Shown piece by piece: positions 26,754 to 35,411 of a stretch of 64,000 bases of DNA (position 1 is its first letter; each line of letters opens with the position of its first letter). The DNA is taken from the IMG/VR virus record IMGVR_UViG_3300024264_002047; one strand, given 5' to 3'. This DNA is from a virus. The notes beneath the pieces are model-generated. The model did no database searches and was not told the DNA's origin. It saw only the letters and a program-made list of their open reading frames with translations. Made by a program: the position numbers and the translations under genes.

Positions 26754-27995
26754 ATGAAAAACATTGGATTTGGAAAGATCGGTAAATCGGTCAAGTTTAA
26801 GCGGAATCGCTTCTCTCCTATTGGTGGAGACAACGAGCCGTCTACAGTACTTATTGCACTCGCAAATAATAACCCAGACAAAACATTTTACATTATCGGA
26901 CGATCTGATTTCAGTACTCTAAATGAGTCTGAATCATTGGAGTTGTTTCCCTTTGATAATGTAATTGATATTTGGAAAGGTATTAAAAACAAAGACGAAG
27001 ATAGATTCTTTAATCACGTAATTGATTACTTTAAGAGTAGGTCAATGAAATTAGACTATACTGTTTTAATGGTTGGTCAAGTTGGTACTGTTACCATTCC
27101 AGGTAAAATTGAACAAGTTAAAGATCGTACGCTTAAAGCTTCTGTGATTGATATGACAAAGAATTATACATCACCAATTGCGATTTGGATTAACGAAGAG
27201 AATCCTGATTATGTTGAGATTGTAAACGATCCTCGGTATGTCATGAATCAATCAAGAGACATATTCAATCTACCAAATATATCTTTAGGTCAATACGATT
27301 ACGAATATAAAGTAAGTAGTATTAAATCTTACGAAGAACAAGATCGTTACGACAGATCAATGCCTTCAACATATGCAGGAATGGAAACTTGTTTCTGTAT
27401 TAACTATCAACACACTGAACAGTTCAATTTAAATCGTAATGTTCCTTTCATGGTTATTCTCAATGAAGCAAAGCCTTCAAGATATAATTTATTAAAGGAC
27501 TGGGTATTAGATGAACATGACGATGTTGAGATCTACGGTAAATGGGAACATCCTAATACCGAAACAGACGCAAGGTTCAAAGGATCTATTCATCTTGATG
27601 ATGTAATGGCTAAAATGAACAATGTTAAATTTACTTTTATTATTCCAATCGCAAAAGGTTGGGTAACTTCAAAGTATATTGAAATGGTACATGCTGGTGT
27701 GATACCGTTCTTGCATCCATCTTATGATGAACAAGGGCATTTGCCAATACCAGAATTTTTAAGACCAAAGACTCCTGCTGAATTTAAAGAAAGGATGGAT
27801 AGGTTATTAAATAACGAACAGGAATATGAATCGGTAATTACAGGACTGCGTAAACTATTATGCAAACCTGAATATTACGATGGAACATTCTTAAACAATA
27901 AAATTATGACAGCGATTGATAATGATTATGTTGCCCCCAATGTAATGGAATTTGATAAGAAAGTAGCTGCAACACTTGAGGACTTTTTCGGATGA
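26754..27995 (+). CDS. Putative GT-B DNA glycosyltransferase (beta-glucosyltransferase-like)
   Basis: NDPRY, IYGKW, KFTFIIP, TSKYIEM...PF...YD recall T4 BGT; context; C-terminal LEDFFG. Confidence 0.65.
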   Translation: MKNIGFGKIGKSVKFKRNRFSPIGGDNEPSTVLIALANNNPDKTFYIIGRSDFSTLNESESLELFPFDNVIDIWKGIKNKDEDRFFNHVIDYFKSRSMKLDYTVLMVGQVGTVTIPGKIEQVKDRTLKASVIDMTKNYTSPIAIWINEENPDYVEIVNDPRYVMNQSRDIFNLPNISLGQYDYEYKVSSIKSYEEQDRYDRSMPSTYAGMETCFCINYQHTEQFNLNRNVPFMVILNEAKPSRYNLLKDWVLDEHDDVEIYGKWEHPNTETDARFKGSIHLDDVMAKMNNVKFTFIIPIAKGWVTSKYIEMVHAGVIPFLHPSYDEQGHLPIPEFLRPKTPAEFKERMDRLLNNEQEYESVITGLRKLLCKPEYYDGTFLNNKIMTAIDNDYVAPNVMEFDKKVAATLEDFFG

Positions 27996-29218
27996 ACAAG
28001 AAAGAAATAACATGGGCTCCACTTATTCCACTTATCGGTGGACAAATGCTAGGCGCAGAAAAGGCGTTTGGTAAACCACCTGAAGCAATCTACTCTTATG
28101 GTGGATTTGAGGATAACGATAGTCATTATGTAAACTATCAACAAAATACAAAAGGACGTGATATTCCTTATATTAAACTTGATGAAGCAGAGCCTGGTCA
28201 AATCAAACAGGTTGATGTTGTTTCTGGTACTCCACCTTGTGCTGCATTATCTCAATTGAATACAGGAACAACCGGAGAGAGTAAAGGTGCAGGTTGTGCT
28301 AAGAACGAATTTATGTATATGGTCTTTCAAGATGGTATTGATAAACTTGGTGCAAAGGTAGTCATCGTTGAGAATGCTCCTGCATTGTTTACAAATAAAG
28401 GACGTCCTGTAGCGAATCGACTGTACGAAATTTGCGCTGAGAGAGGTTATTCTTTGTCCCTATATAAAACATCGACGAGATTCCACGGAGTTCCACAGGG
28501 ACGCGACAGGACTTTCGCGATTGGTTGGAAGTCAGAGTCCGCTCCTGTAATGAACTGGTATAATAAAGATAGAAAAGATTTTAAAGAATACCTTCAAGAG
28601 ATTCCAGTTGATGCGTTACATCAGGATTTGATTATTAATAAACATGTACCTGACGAACCGTATTACAATTTCATCAAGACAAAGACTAACAGAGAAGTTA
28701 GAGAGTTGATGGTTGAAGAGAATGTTAAGACAACTCTGAATTACGTTTGTAAGAAAGGTTGGATGAAAGAAGCTAACGAATGGTTCCATAAGACAGGCAA
28801 TGAGAAAGGTATTAAATATTCCGACCACGCAATTATGAAGTTTGCTGATGGCAAAGGTGTATGGGATGGTTCAGTACATGTCTTTGGTGAATATATGAAT
28901 GCAGTGATTGGTCGTAATATGGTTGACACGATGCATCCAACAGAAGAACGATCCTTAACGATTAGAGAAGCATTACACCTAATGGGCTTTCCTGAAGACT
29001 TTGAGTTGTTACATGGTTTAAAGAAAATGAATCATATTGCTCAAAACGTTCCTGTACCAACATCAAGGGATTTACATACAGAGATTGGCAAGTTTCTAAC
29101 AGGCAAGTTAGATTTATCAGATACTACTTATTTGAGACAGAACAATCATAAACAATTAATGGAGCTTGATCCTAACGGCGTAGATACAACTCCAAATTTA
29201 TCTGAATTCTTTGGATAA
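27992..29218 (+). CDS. C5-cytosine methyltransferase homologue with altered SAM-binding motifs
   Basis: PPC (IV), ENAP (VI), PQGRDR (VIII), RSLTIREA..MGFP (IX); motif I is IPLIGG. Confidence 0.85.
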   Translation: MNKKEITWAPLIPLIGGQMLGAEKAFGKPPEAIYSYGGFEDNDSHYVNYQQNTKGRDIPYIKLDEAEPGQIKQVDVVSGTPPCAALSQLNTGTTGESKGAGCAKNEFMYMVFQDGIDKLGAKVVIVENAPALFTNKGRPVANRLYEICAERGYSLSLYKTSTRFHGVPQGRDRTFAIGWKSESAPVMNWYNKDRKDFKEYLQEIPVDALHQDLIINKHVPDEPYYNFIKTKTNREVRELMVEENVKTTLNYVCKKGWMKEANEWFHKTGNEKGIKYSDHAIMKFADGKGVWDGSVHVFGEYMNAVIGRNMVDTMHPTEERSLTIREALHLMGFPEDFELLHGLKKMNHIAQNVPVPTSRDLHTEIGKFLTGKLDLSDTTYLRQNNHKQLMELDPNGVDTTPNLSEFFG

Positions 29219-29223
29219 AACTA

Positions 29224-29252
29224 TTGACATGACTAGTAAAGTTTGTTATAAT
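29224..29252 (+). promoter_or_regulatory. Sigma70-type promoter
   Basis: TTGACA-N17-TATAAT. Confidence 0.85.
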
Positions 29253-29277
29253 AGTATATTAAATTAAAGGTAAACAT

Positions 29278-29916
29278 ATGAGAAACGATTTAATTATCGA
29301 CTTCGAGACAATGGGACAAGATGTTCATAACTGTGCAGTCATTGATGTATCTGTAATGGTATTTCAGTGGGACAAGTTTACATCAAATGATCCTTACAAT
29401 CTGAGTGATGTATTCAAGGCAAAGAAATTTAAATTGGATGTAGCAGAACAAGTAAAGAACTATGGTTGGGTAGTCGATAAAGGCACTCTCGACTTTTGGT
29501 CAAAACAAGATTCAGAAGTAAGAAAGAATATTGCTCCTAAAAGTTCAGACCTATCGGTTGAAGACTTTGTGAAACAGTTTACTGACTTTTTAATTGACGG
29601 ACCAAAGATTGATTATTGGTGGTCAAGATCTAATTCATTCGACCCAGTAATATTAGAAAGACTATTTAAGTCTCAAAATAAAATCGGTCATCTACAAAAC
29701 AAACTAAAGCATTGGACAGTTAGAGATACAAGAACATTCATTGATGCAAAGTTTGATTTCGGTTTAAAGAAGAACGGATTCCCTCCTTGTGCAAACGAAG
29801 AAAAGTGGGATTCTGTTTTTAAAGCACACGATTCTGCATGGGACATATTGGCTGATGTATTAAGATTACAGTCAATCACCAGAGCAGAAAATGATATGGA
29901 GCAAATTACAGTATGA
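29278..29916 (+). CDS. dexA: DEDDh 3'-5' exonuclease (DexA-like)
   Basis: IDFET, FD, RDTRT, HDSAWD. Confidence 0.82.
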   Translation: MRNDLIIDFETMGQDVHNCAVIDVSVMVFQWDKFTSNDPYNLSDVFKAKKFKLDVAEQVKNYGWVVDKGTLDFWSKQDSEVRKNIAPKSSDLSVEDFVKQFTDFLIDGPKIDYWWSRSNSFDPVILERLFKSQNKIGHLQNKLKHWTVRDTRTFIDAKFDFGLKKNGFPPCANEEKWDSVFKAHDSAWDILADVLRLQSITRAENDMEQITV

Positions 29917-30782
29917 AGCTAGAAGTTAAGACAGAAGATTTACAAAAACAACGGTTGTTCGTTGGCACACCAATGTATGGTGGTCAATGTACTGGTTTAT
30001 ATACCAAGTCAACTAATGATCTGAGCATGTTAGCATCTACTCATAAAATTCCACTGAAGTACTACTTTCTATTCAATGAGAGTCTAATTCAAAGAGCAAG
30101 GAATTATATTGTAGATGAGTTCCTAAGATCAGACTGCACGCACTTATTGTTTATTGATGCTGATATTGGATTTGATCCAAGAGACGCGTTAGCATTACTT
30201 GCGTTACAAGTTTCAGATCCAGAAAAATATGATATCGTCTGTGGACCATATCCTAAAAAGACAATTGCATGGGAAAAGGTTTCTATCGCTGCTCAACAAG
30301 GCAACGGTAAAGATAATCCATTTGACTTAGAAAAATTTACATCAGATTTTGTTTTCAATCCGGTTAGCGGAACGAAATCATTTAAACTCTCGGAACCTGT
30401 TGAAGTTGCAGAAGGCGGTACTGGGTTTATGTTAATTACAAGAGAGGCGTTAGAGAAATATCGTGACACCTATCCTGAATTTGCATATAAACCAGATCAC
30501 GTTAGAACAGAACAATTTGACGGTACTCGAGATATTCATGCTTTCTTCGACTGTGTCATCGACCCAGAAACAAGAAGGTACTTGTCTGAAGATTACTTCT
30601 TCTGTAAGATGGCTCGCAAAGCTGACCTTTCAGTATGGATGTGTCCTTGGATGAAACTTAACCATGTTGGGTCATATATCTTTAAAGGTGATATGGGAAG
30701 TCTAGGCCAATTAGGTGTTACAGCAACTGCTGATAACAAATCTAATAAGAAATCTTACAATCCTATTGACAAAGCCAAGTAA
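29913..30782 (+). CDS. GT-A fold glycosyltransferase-like protein
   Basis: TPMYGG, SLIQRARN, LFIDADIGF, GTGFMLI, SEDYFFC. Confidence 0.75.
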   Translation: MKLEVKTEDLQKQRLFVGTPMYGGQCTGLYTKSTNDLSMLASTHKIPLKYYFLFNESLIQRARNYIVDEFLRSDCTHLLFIDADIGFDPRDALALLALQVSDPEKYDIVCGPYPKKTIAWEKVSIAAQQGNGKDNPFDLEKFTSDFVFNPVSGTKSFKLSEPVEVAEGGTGFMLITREALEKYRDTYPEFAYKPDHVRTEQFDGTRDIHAFFDCVIDPETRRYLSEDYFFCKMARKADLSVWMCPWMKLNHVGSYIFKGDMGSLGQLGVTATADNKSNKKSYNPIDKAK

Positions 30783-30794
30783 TTGGTATATAAT
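30766..30794 (+). promoter_or_regulatory. Sigma70-type promoter for gp45
   Basis: TTGACA-N17-TATAAT. Confidence 0.8.
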
Positions 30795-30830
30795 ATACAA
30801 CAATATTAACTAAATGGAGAAATTTATATA

Positions 30831-31493
30831 ATGAAATTTTCTAACGAAACCTTGACGGTCTTAAAAAGTTTTACTGCTATCAATAAGTCAATCTTATTGG
30901 CCAGTGGTAATGTTATTAAGACTATAACTCCAGAGAAAACATTGATTGCGATCGCTGACATACCAGATGAAATTCCTTCTGATGCGTGTGTTTACGATCT
31001 TTCAAGATTTTTATCAATTTTATCTCTGTACAATGATCCGGATGTGGAGTTTTTTGATAAATACTTTATTATATCGGAAGGTAAGCGCAGAACTAAGTAC
31101 GTGTTTGCTGATCTCTCGATGATCCATACTCCACCAGAAAAGGATATTACTATTCCTTCTGCTGATGTAACGGTATCGGTCACTGACGGAGATTTGTCTT
31201 CAGTATTGAAGGCAGCAGGGGTATTACAATTTTCAGAGATTGCATTTGTAGGCGAAGGCGGCAAATGTTATCTGAAAGCGATCGACAGTTCCAACAACGG
31301 TGCAGATGACTTTGGTATCGAAATTGGTGAAGCTGTTGATGATTTTCAAATTATCATTAAAACTGATAACTTGAAATTAATGCCATTAGATTATGAGGTT
31401 ACTCTTTGTTCAAAAGGTATCTCAGAATTTAAAGGAAAAGGTGTTACGTATTACGTAGCGATAGATTCAAAGTCGACTTATAACAAAAGGTAA
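30831..31493 (+). CDS. 45: Sliding clamp gp45
   Basis: LKSFTAINKSI, YDLSRFL, YYVA; synteny. Confidence 0.92.
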   Translation: MKFSNETLTVLKSFTAINKSILLASGNVIKTITPEKTLIAIADIPDEIPSDACVYDLSRFLSILSLYNDPDVEFFDKYFIISEGKRRTKYVFADLSMIHTPPEKDITIPSADVTVSVTDGDLSSVLKAAGVLQFSEIAFVGEGGKCYLKAIDSSNNGADDFGIEIGEAVDDFQIIIKTDNLKLMPLDYEVTLCSKGISEFKGKGVTYYVAIDSKSTYNKR

Positions 31494-31498
31494 ACATT

Positions 31499-31789
31499 AT
31501 GAATGAACCAGTACAAGGTAATTTTGGCCAAGAAGGTCAAGAACAAGAAGTGGTAATCAATCTTGGAGATTTATCTACTGTGTTGCAGATTATTGACATA
31601 GTCTCACAACGTGGTGGATTCCAAGGGCAAGAACTTGCCGGTGTCGGAACGCTAAGAAATAAACTCGAAGCATTCCTACGTCAAAAAGGACCTCAGCAAC
31701 CAGACGCGCGAGCGATTGGTGAACAGGATGCCGCCATTGATGTTTCAGCGCCCGCCCAAGGCGAGTTAGCTGATAAAGTTGTTGGTTAA
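31499..31789 (+). CDS. Hypothetical protein
   Basis: 96 aa, IIDIVSQRGGF.G.EL..VG motif, AAGGT RBS. Confidence 0.7.
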   Translation: MNEPVQGNFGQEGQEQEVVINLGDLSTVLQIIDIVSQRGGFQGQELAGVGTLRNKLEAFLRQKGPQQPDARAIGEQDAAIDVSAPAQGELADKVVG

Positions 31790-31811
31790 ACAATAACTCA
31801 TTTCTCGAGAA

Positions 31812-31838
31812 GTGAGGGTGGAAACACCCTCGCGTTTT
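31812..31838 (+). terminator. GNRA hairpin / possible intrinsic terminator
   Basis: GAGGGTG-GAAA-CACCCTC followed by GCGTTTT. Confidence 0.55.
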
Positions 31839-31872
31839 CTCAAATTTTTTTATATTATGTTTATGGTGAATT

Positions 31873-32826
31873 ATGATTGATGCAAAATCAAACGAAGTCT
31901 TATGGGTTGAGAAGTACCGTCCACAAATCGTTGATGATACTATTCTACCAAACAAGACAAAAGAAACATTCCGTAAGTTCGTATCAGACGGCAGTGTTCC
32001 AAATCTATTATTAACAGGTGGTCCAGGTGTAGGTAAAACTACAATTGCCAAAGCCATGCTTGAAGAACTCGGTTGCGATTATATCGTAAAGAATGGTTCT
32101 CTTAACGTTAATATTGATACCCTCCGATACGATATCTCAACATTCGCTTCCGCAGTATCTCTAACAGGTACAGGTCGTAAGTATGTAATCTTCGATGAAG
32201 CAGATTATTTGAACGCAGCTAATGTCCAACCGGCATTACGTAACTTTATTGAAGAGTATAGTTCAAACTGTGGCTTTATCTTTACTTGTAATTTCAAGAA
32301 TCGTATTATCAGTCCATTACGTTCAAGGTTATCAGAAGTAGACTTTACTATTGATACAGCTGACCGTCCACAAATGGCTATGGAGTTCTTCAAAAGAGTT
32401 AAGGCAATACTTGACCAAGAAGAAGTCGAATACGATACTAAAGTTGTTGCTAAAGTAATTGAGAAACACTTCCCTGATTTCCGTAGAGTATTAACTGAAC
32501 TACAATCATACGCAGCTTCTGGTAAAATTGATGAAGGTATCTTTGTTAATTTAAAACAAGAATCTATTGATGATGTATTTCGTTTACTCAAAGCAAAGCA
32601 ATTTACTGAAATGCGCAAATGGGTTGCCAAGAACTCAGATCAAGATATGAATGAAATGTTTCGTCGTATCTATGATATGTGTTCTGATAAGGTAACACTA
32701 CAATCACAAGCAGGCTTTATTGTTACTCTTGCTGATTATATGTATAAGTCAGGATTGGTTGCTGACCAGGAAATTAATATGGTTGCGTTCTTAACTGAAG
32801 TTATGATTGAATGTGAGTACACGTAA
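31873..32826 (+). CDS. 44: Clamp loader large subunit gp44
   Basis: WVEKYRP, GPGVGKTT, DEAD, PLRSR. Confidence 0.95.
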   Translation: MIDAKSNEVLWVEKYRPQIVDDTILPNKTKETFRKFVSDGSVPNLLLTGGPGVGKTTIAKAMLEELGCDYIVKNGSLNVNIDTLRYDISTFASAVSLTGTGRKYVIFDEADYLNAANVQPALRNFIEEYSSNCGFIFTCNFKNRIISPLRSRLSEVDFTIDTADRPQMAMEFFKRVKAILDQEEVEYDTKVVAKVIEKHFPDFRRVLTELQSYAASGKIDEGIFVNLKQESIDDVFRLLKAKQFTEMRKWVAKNSDQDMNEMFRRIYDMCSDKVTLQSQAGFIVTLADYMYKSGLVADQEINMVAFLTEVMIECEYT

Positions 32827-33011
32827 TGATTGGAAAACTTGAATGTTTTAACTGTGGTACCAAGACATCCAAAAAGAAATCATTTACAGTTGAAATGAAT
32901 ACTGAAGAAGGCAAAACTAAACTTACTCTTTGTGATAAGTGCGGTTCTCGCTTCGACGTTATGGTAAAAGAATACGAGGAGCTGATTGATGAAAGATCTA
33001 ACACCCTTTGA
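32826..33011 (+). CDS. Small zinc-ribbon protein
   Basis: CFNC...CDKC. Confidence 0.65.
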   Translation: MIGKLECFNCGTKTSKKKSFTVEMNTEEGKTKLTLCDKCGSRFDVMVKEYEELIDERSNTL

Positions 33012-33381
33012 TTTTATGAACGCTGCAAGCTTTTCTAAGGAAGATTTAATTCGCAATAGCGATATACCTGAACACACTGAAAAGATGTATACGCCTTATG
33101 TGGTGAACCGTGGCTTTACAAATTTTGAGGACACTATCTTACATGCAAACGAAATGAATATGCGTCATGGTTTGTTTGATGGAGCACAGTTTGATTATTA
33201 TCGTTCTGTACTTCGCAAGCGTAAGAGGTTCTCTAAATGGCCTAAGGCCGATAAGAACAATAACCTAGATGTTATCCAACAAGTATATCAATGTAACCGA
33301 ACTGTTGCCAAACAATATCTTAAAGTATTGAATAAAGAACAGCTCCAAACTATCCATGATAAAGTTAATGAAGGTGGCTAA
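32989..33381 (+). CDS. 62: Clamp loader small subunit gp62
   Basis: Y.PYVVNR, ANEMN, RKRKRFSKW, C-terminal GG. Confidence 0.92.
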   Translation: MKDLTPFDFMNAASFSKEDLIRNSDIPEHTEKMYTPYVVNRGFTNFEDTILHANEMNMRHGLFDGAQFDYYRSVLRKRKRFSKWPKADKNNNLDVIQQVYQCNRTVAKQYLKVLNKEQLQTIHDKVNEGG

Positions 33382-33392
33382 GTTATGATTAT

Positions 33393-33400
33393 TATAAATA
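33393..33400 (+). promoter_or_regulatory. T4-type late promoter TATAAATA
   Basis: Exact consensus, intergenic before regA. Confidence 0.65.
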
Positions 33401-33460
33401 ATCTGATATGGTATAATACCATTGCCACTAACTATAATAATTAACAGGTGAATATAAATC

Positions 33461-33862
33461 ATGGACACAGATATTTTCAAAGGAGTCGGTGTCGAAGTTG
33501 AATTGCCCACGCAGGATTCTTTCCTTAAGGTAAAAGAAACATTGACTCGAATTGGCATCTCAAGCCGCAAGGAAAAAAAGTTATATCAGTCTTGTCATAT
33601 CCTACACAAACAGGGTAGGTACTCAATACTACATTTTAAAGAATTGTTTATTTTAGACGGAAAGCATAACACGTTAACAGAAGAAGATATATCACGTCGT
33701 AATACGATTGTGAACTTATTGGAAGAATGGGAACTTGTTAAGATCGTCGATCCTTCAAAAACGAAAGATCCGGTTGCTTCTCTAAATCAAATTAAAATCA
33801 TTTCATTTAAAGAAAAGAGTGATTGGGATCTGACAGTCAAGTATAATATTGGTAAAAAATAA
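33461..33862 (+). CDS. regA: Translational repressor RegA
   Basis: FLKVKETLTRIGI, LYQSCHILHKQG.Y.I.HFKE. Confidence 0.96.
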   Translation: MDTDIFKGVGVEVELPTQDSFLKVKETLTRIGISSRKEKKLYQSCHILHKQGRYSILHFKELFILDGKHNTLTEEDISRRNTIVNLLEEWELVKIVDPSKTKDPVASLNQIKIISFKEKSDWDLTVKYNIGKK

Positions 33863-33865
33863 CTA

Positions 33866-33894
33866 TTGACATTTCCACATAACTGTTATATAAT
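33866..33894 (+). promoter_or_regulatory. Sigma70-type promoter
   Basis: TTGACA-N17-TATAAT. Confidence 0.85.
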
Positions 33895-33916
33895 ATAACA
33901 AATAGGAACATATATT

Positions 33917-34411
33917 ATGAATGTTTACAAAACACGTGATAACGCAACACTCCCGGAATACGCAACCATTGGTTCTGCATGCTTTGATATTAAGGCATGT
34001 TTAACTGTAGGTGAACGTGTTAGGTCTTATACTCCTTTCAATAAGGAAGTAGATGTAATAGTGAAAAAGAATGGCTTGGCCATTACACCAGGTACAAGAG
34101 TACTTATTCCCACAGGACTTATATTTGACATTCCGGTAAATCACGTAATGGAAATGTATATTCGTTCAAGTGTAGCAACAAAGATGGGATTGACATTAGT
34201 TAACAGTGTCGGTATAATTGATTCTGATTATGTCGACGAAACGCATATTATTGTACACAATGTGTCAGATACCGTGGCGCATGTTCACGACGGCGACAGA
34301 TTAGCACAATGTAGATTAGCAAGCGTTACACAACAAGACATTAAAGAAGTAAAGAAGAAGCCTGGAACCAAGACGGATCGTAAAGGTGGTATTGGTTCAA
34401 CTGGTAGATAA
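33917..34411 (+). CDS. dut: Trimeric dUTPase
   Basis: SACFD, RSS, GIIDSDY, GDRLAQ, RKGGIGSTG. Confidence 0.92.
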   Translation: MNVYKTRDNATLPEYATIGSACFDIKACLTVGERVRSYTPFNKEVDVIVKKNGLAITPGTRVLIPTGLIFDIPVNHVMEMYIRSSVATKMGLTLVNSVGIIDSDYVDETHIIVHNVSDTVAHVHDGDRLAQCRLASVTQQDIKEVKKKPGTKTDRKGGIGSTGR

Positions 34412-34417
34412 CATAAA

Positions 34418-34493
<76 letters not shown>

Positions 34494-34592
34494 TTATCTC
34501 AAGGAAGATGTTCGGCGTATCAAGTGGTACGCCCTGCCATTAGTGGGTAGGAAACCACCCTCGGAAGTACTTAGTAATAAGGAGAGAAGGCA

Positions 34593-34778
34593 ATGAAGTA
34601 TATACTATTCGTATTGACCTTTTTTGTAATGGGCTGTAGTTCAGTCGGCAATGTTGTCGATGGAACAACTGGTATTATCAGCGGTGTAATCAAAGACGTA
34701 TCTGATGTAACAACATATACTCTTGATGCAGCTAGCGGTGCAGTTAAAGCAGCAACTGAGACAGAAGAAAAGGAGTAA
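34593..34778 (+). CDS. Small lipoprotein
   Basis: Signal peptide with lipobox VMGC; AAGGAG RBS. Confidence 0.7.
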   Translation: MKYILFVLTFFVMGCSSVGNVVDGTTGIISGVIKDVSDVTTYTLDAASGAVKAATETEEKE

Positions 34779-34807
34779 CTTTTTAGACAAGGATGTCTTC
34801 TCTTCGT

Positions 34808-34815
34808 TATAAATA
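34808..34815 (+). promoter_or_regulatory. T4-type late promoter TATAAATA
   Basis: Exact consensus 90 nt upstream of hsp20. Confidence 0.7.
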
Positions 34816-34818
34816 AAT

Positions 34819-34903
34819 TTGTAAGACGCCGTAAGGGTTTTACAATAAGCGATGGGTAACAACCATCATAGTAATAATTAATCTTGCTTAATAGGAGATA
34901 AAC
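34819..34903 (+). promoter_or_regulatory. ROSE-like RNA thermometer in hsp20 5' UTR
   Basis: Two upstream hairpins plus AUCUUGCU-UAAU-AGGAGAU sequestering the SD with a bulged G. Confidence 0.7.
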
Positions 34904-35356
34904 ATGACTGGATTAAATATAAATCAACTTCACCCTTTTGCCGTAGGCTTTGATAGAGTCTTTGACAGATTGGTAGAGTTCCCCCAAGAACATCGATCAC
35001 AAGGCTTCCCGCCTTATAATATCCGAACCACGAAAGGCGAAAAGTTCTTTATTGATCTTGCTTTAGCAGGTCTTGATATTAACGATGTAGAAATCGAAGT
35101 AAAAGAAGATGTATTAACTGTTCGTTCCACATGGGATGAAGCAGGTGATTATTTTAATGGCGGTGGCGATTACGTTCACCGTGGTATTTCCTTCAAAAAG
35201 TTCACAAGAAGTTTTACTCTTGCTGACGATATTGAAGTTATTGATGCCAGCTTCGTAAACGGTCTTTTAACTGTTTCATTGGAACGAATAATTCCTGAGG
35301 CAAAGAAGGCACGTAAAATTAAGATTAACAATGAGAAAGAGTTCTTAAAAAGTTAA
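34904..35356 (+). CDS. hsp20: Small heat-shock protein Hsp20 (IbpA-like)
   Basis: GFD, FPPYNI, ALAG, HRGIS, F.LAD, NGLL. Confidence 0.93.
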   Translation: MTGLNINQLHPFAVGFDRVFDRLVEFPQEHRSQGFPPYNIRTTKGEKFFIDLALAGLDINDVEIEVKEDVLTVRSTWDEAGDYFNGGGDYVHRGISFKKFTRSFTLADDIEVIDASFVNGLLTVSLERIIPEAKKARKIKINNEKEFLKS

Positions 35357-35369
35357 TCAATTTTAATCT

Positions 35370-35392
35370 GGGTGGCATCAAGCCACCCTTTT
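35370..35392 (+). terminator. Intrinsic terminator
   Basis: GGGTGGC-ATCAA-GCCACCC-TTTT. Confidence 0.75.
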
Positions 35393-35411
35393 ATTGATAG
35401 GAAATTAAATT

